Assembly (NCBI GenBank): GCA_046485285.1
Contig: JAWOHE010000086.1
Span: 1-26,164, forward strand
Reading direction: 5' to 3'
DNA from: a bacterium
GTDB lineage: Bacteria; Hydrothermota; Tepidihabitantia; Tepidihabitantales; Tepidihabitantaceae
DNA length: 26,164 bases
The notes beneath the pieces were generated by a model that was not told the origin of the DNA, searched no databases, and was given only the letters and a program-made list of their open reading frames with translations. Below are positions 24,257 through 26,164 of this stretch, in pieces (position 1 is the first letter of the stretch; each line of letters opens with the position of its first letter). Made by a program: the position numbers and the translations under genes.

Positions 24257-24284
24257 ATTATAGAATCCCGCCCCCGGGTGTCAA
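24257..24284 (-). promoter_or_regulatory. Perfect-consensus sigma70 promoter for the xseA operon
   Basis: TTGACA(24284-24279)-16 bp-TATAAT(24262-24257) in the short gap between hbd and xseA. Confidence 0.85.
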
Positions 24285-24297
24285 CGACCGCGCGGCG

Positions 24298-25161
24298 TCA
24301 GGCCCCTTTCGAGTAGTCGAAGAACCCGCGCCCGGCCTTCCGGCCGAGGTGGCCGGCCGCGACCATCCGCCGCAGCAGCGGGCAGGGCCGGTACTTCGGG
24401 TCGCCGAGGTCGCGGTGCAGCACCTCGAGTATCGCGAGGCAGACGTCAAGCCCGATGAGGTCGGCGAGCGCAAGCGGGCCGATCGGGTGGTTCATCCCGA
24501 GCTTCATCACCGTGTCGATCGCCTCCCGGTCGGCGACGCCCTCCTCGAGCGCGAAGGCGGCCTCGTTGATCATCGGCAGCAGCACGCGGTTGGAGACGAA
24601 CCCGGGCGAGTCGTTGACGACCACCGGCGTCTTGCCGAGCTTCGCCGACAGCGCGACGAGCGTCTCGACCGTCTCCGGCGCCGACGCCAGCCCGCGGACG
24701 ACCTCGACCAGCTTCATCACCGGCACCGGGTTCATGAAGTGCATCCCGGCGACCAGCTCGGGCCGTTTCGTCGTCGCGGCGATGGCGGTCACCGATATCG
24801 TCGAGGTATTGGTCGCGAGCAGCGCGCCGGGCTTGCAGAGCCGGTCGAGCCGGCCGAACAACTCCCGCTTCACCGCCAGGTCCTCGACGACGGCCTCGAC
24901 GACGATGTCACAGCCGACGAGCGCGCTCGGGTCGGTACTGCCCTTGACCCGGCCCAGCACCTCGTCGGCCTGTTCCTGGGTCAGCTTCGCCTTGGTGACA
25001 AGCCGGCCCAGCGATTTCCTTATCGTCGCCAGTCCACGGTCAACGTAATCGCGGTCAAGGTCGGTCATCACGACGTCGTGGCCCGCGGCCGCGAACACCT
25101 GGGCAATGCCGTTACCCATCGTGCCCGCGCCGACCACGCCCGCAGTCCGAATCTCTAACAT
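24298..25161 (-). CDS. hbd: 3-hydroxybutyryl-CoA / 3-hydroxyacyl-CoA dehydrogenase
   Basis: [90 protein letters not shown] 25161. Confidence 0.93.
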   Translation of the reverse strand: MLEIRTAGVVGAGTMGNGIAQVFAAAGHDVVMTDLDRDYVDRGLATIRKSLGRLVTKAKLTQEQADEVLGRVKGSTDPSALVGCDIVVEAVVEDLAVKRELFGRLDRLCKPGALLATNTSTISVTAIAATTKRPELVAGMHFMNPVPVMKLVEVVRGLASAPETVETLVALSAKLGKTPVVVNDSPGFVSNRVLLPMINEAAFALEEGVADREAIDTVMKLGMNHPIGPLALADLIGLDVCLAILEVLHRDLGDPKYRPCPLLRRMVAAGHLGRKAGRGFFDYSKGA

Positions 25162-25198
25162 CGTTCCTCCAGCGGTTTGGCTGCCAACATGACCCGCC

Positions 25199-25226
25199 AG
25201 CCTAGCCGGGAGCGGCCGCCTGTCAA
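25199..25226 (-). promoter_or_regulatory. Sigma70-like promoter upstream of hbd
   Basis: TTGACA(25226-25221)-16 bp-TAGGCT(25204-25199); same CTGCTTGACA context as the hydrogenase promoter. Confidence 0.55.
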
Positions 25227-25276
25227 GCAGCCCGCCCGGCGGCGGCGCCGGGCGGGCAGTGTCGGAGGACGCCGCG

Positions 25277-26164
25277 CTACTCGACCAGCACGAGCTTCCG
25301 GGCCGCGCTCTCTCCCCCGACCTCGAGCCGGCAGACATAAACGCCCCGGGCGACCTCGCGGCCGGAGTCATCCCGGCCGTCCCAGGCCGCGACGTGCTCG
25401 CCGGCCTGGTGTAAGCCGCTTGCCAGCTCGCGGACCCGACGACCCGAGGCGTCGTAGACCGTGAGCCGGGCGTCCGCCGCCCGCGGCAGCGCGTAGCCGA
25501 CTCGTGCGTACCGGCGCGCGGGATTGGGGCCGAGGAAACCGAGCCCGAGCCGCGCCGGGAGGCGCCCGGACGCCACCTCTGCGACCCCGACCGTCGGCCC
25601 GACGGTCGTGAACCTGATCGCCATCCCGGGCACGATCGGTGCCGAGCCGCGATGGTAGACACCGTTGAACAGGCACTCGATGCCGACCGCGGTCGTCGAG
25701 TCGTTGATGCCGGTCGTCGACGAGCCGTAGCCGTTCGCGGTCAGGTACTGGTAGGTGAACACGCTGTTGCCGTCTGGCGCCGCCAGCGTCGTGTCGTAGA
25801 TCACGACCTGGAACCACTCGTAGACGTTCCGGCTCGAGTAGTACGGCATCGAGTCGTACTGGACAATCAGCCGGCGGTTCGCCGCGTCGTGGTGCCACCA
25901 GACCCCGCCCGACGTCGGCGGGTAGAGATCGTCCCAGACCAGCGCCAGCATCGTCGCCGTGTTCGACGCCGGGATCGAGATGTTCGAGTACGCGGTCCTC
26001 GTCGTGTAGCCCGGCCCGACCCAGCCGTTGCCGCAGACCGAGAGCTGGCTGAACCGGCGGCCGTAGAAATAGAACGGCCCGAACGCGGTCGGGAGATTGA
26101 ACTGGACCGTCTGGTCGTCCGAGGTGATGGCGAGCCGCGTGCCGACCCCGGCGATGTCCAGCCA
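25277..26164 (-). CDS. C-terminal part of a large secreted protein with a FlgD-Ig / CTD-sorting-like C-terminal domain (5' end outside window)
   Basis: Frame is open to the window edge ([20 protein letters not shown]...PFYFYG...SVCGNGW...WDDL); C-terminus PNP...Y.LP....L.VYD.SGR.VR.L...WDG.D..GR.VA.GVY...KLVLVE. Confidence 0.8.
   Translation of the reverse strand, partial: WLDIAGVGTRLAITSDDQTVQFNLPTAFGPFYFYGRRFSQLSVCGNGWVGPGYTTRTAYSNISIPASNTATMLALVWDDLYPPTSGGVWWHHDAANRRLIVQYDSMPYYSSRNVYEWFQVVIYDTTLAAPDGNSVFTYQYLTANGYGSSTTGINDSTTAVGIECLFNGVYHRGSAPIVPGMAIRFTTVGPTVGVAEVASGRLPARLGLGFLGPNPARRYARVGYALPRAADARLTVYDASGRRVRELASGLHQAGEHVAAWDGRDDSGREVARGVYVCRLEVGGESAARKLVLVE

Noticed and set aside
20768-24316. 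1182-aa plus-strand ORF
   Set aside because: Antisense shadow of herA-like/xseB/xseA in high-GC DNA; no recognisable motifs, Arg/Gly/Ala-rich.
1-26164. tRNA, rRNA or riboswitch
   Set aside because: Intergenic gaps are very short and I saw no recognisable RNA gene. An Rfam/Infernal scan of 422-790 would be needed to exclude one.

Overview
High-GC bacterial window with mostly minus-strand genes. The PKD/PQQ lipoprotein and the protein with a FlgD/CTD-type C-terminus are reminiscent of candidate division WOR-3 or related FCB lineages (weak inference). Contents: (1) the 5' end of an IS256-family element at 1-421; (2) a tightly coupled 18-gene operon of about 15 kb (15877->835) for a group 4 membrane-bound [NiFe]-hydrogenase with an Mrp-type antiporter module, three MrpA/D-like subunits, and an unusual front end made of an AsrA/HydB-like, an AsrB/HydG-like FAD/NAD, a degenerate molybdopterin-oxidoreductase-fold and a HycB-like protein; (3) two small divergent genes (YfiM/DUF2279-like, DUF1893); (4) an operon xseA-xseB-HerA-like ATPase-YgiQ radical SAM-PKD/PQQ lipoprotein; (5) hbd and the 3' end of a large secreted protein. 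The most striking unannotated signal is a family of roughly 75-bp palindromic elements bounded by GNA-triloop hairpins. They lie in frame inside four unrelated ORFs, and three copies give the same peptide, DSGTDSRRxAPG. A second 26-bp coding palindrome is also present. Four sigma70-like promoters all have 16-bp spacers and point to leaderless translation, including a probable ATC start for xseA.
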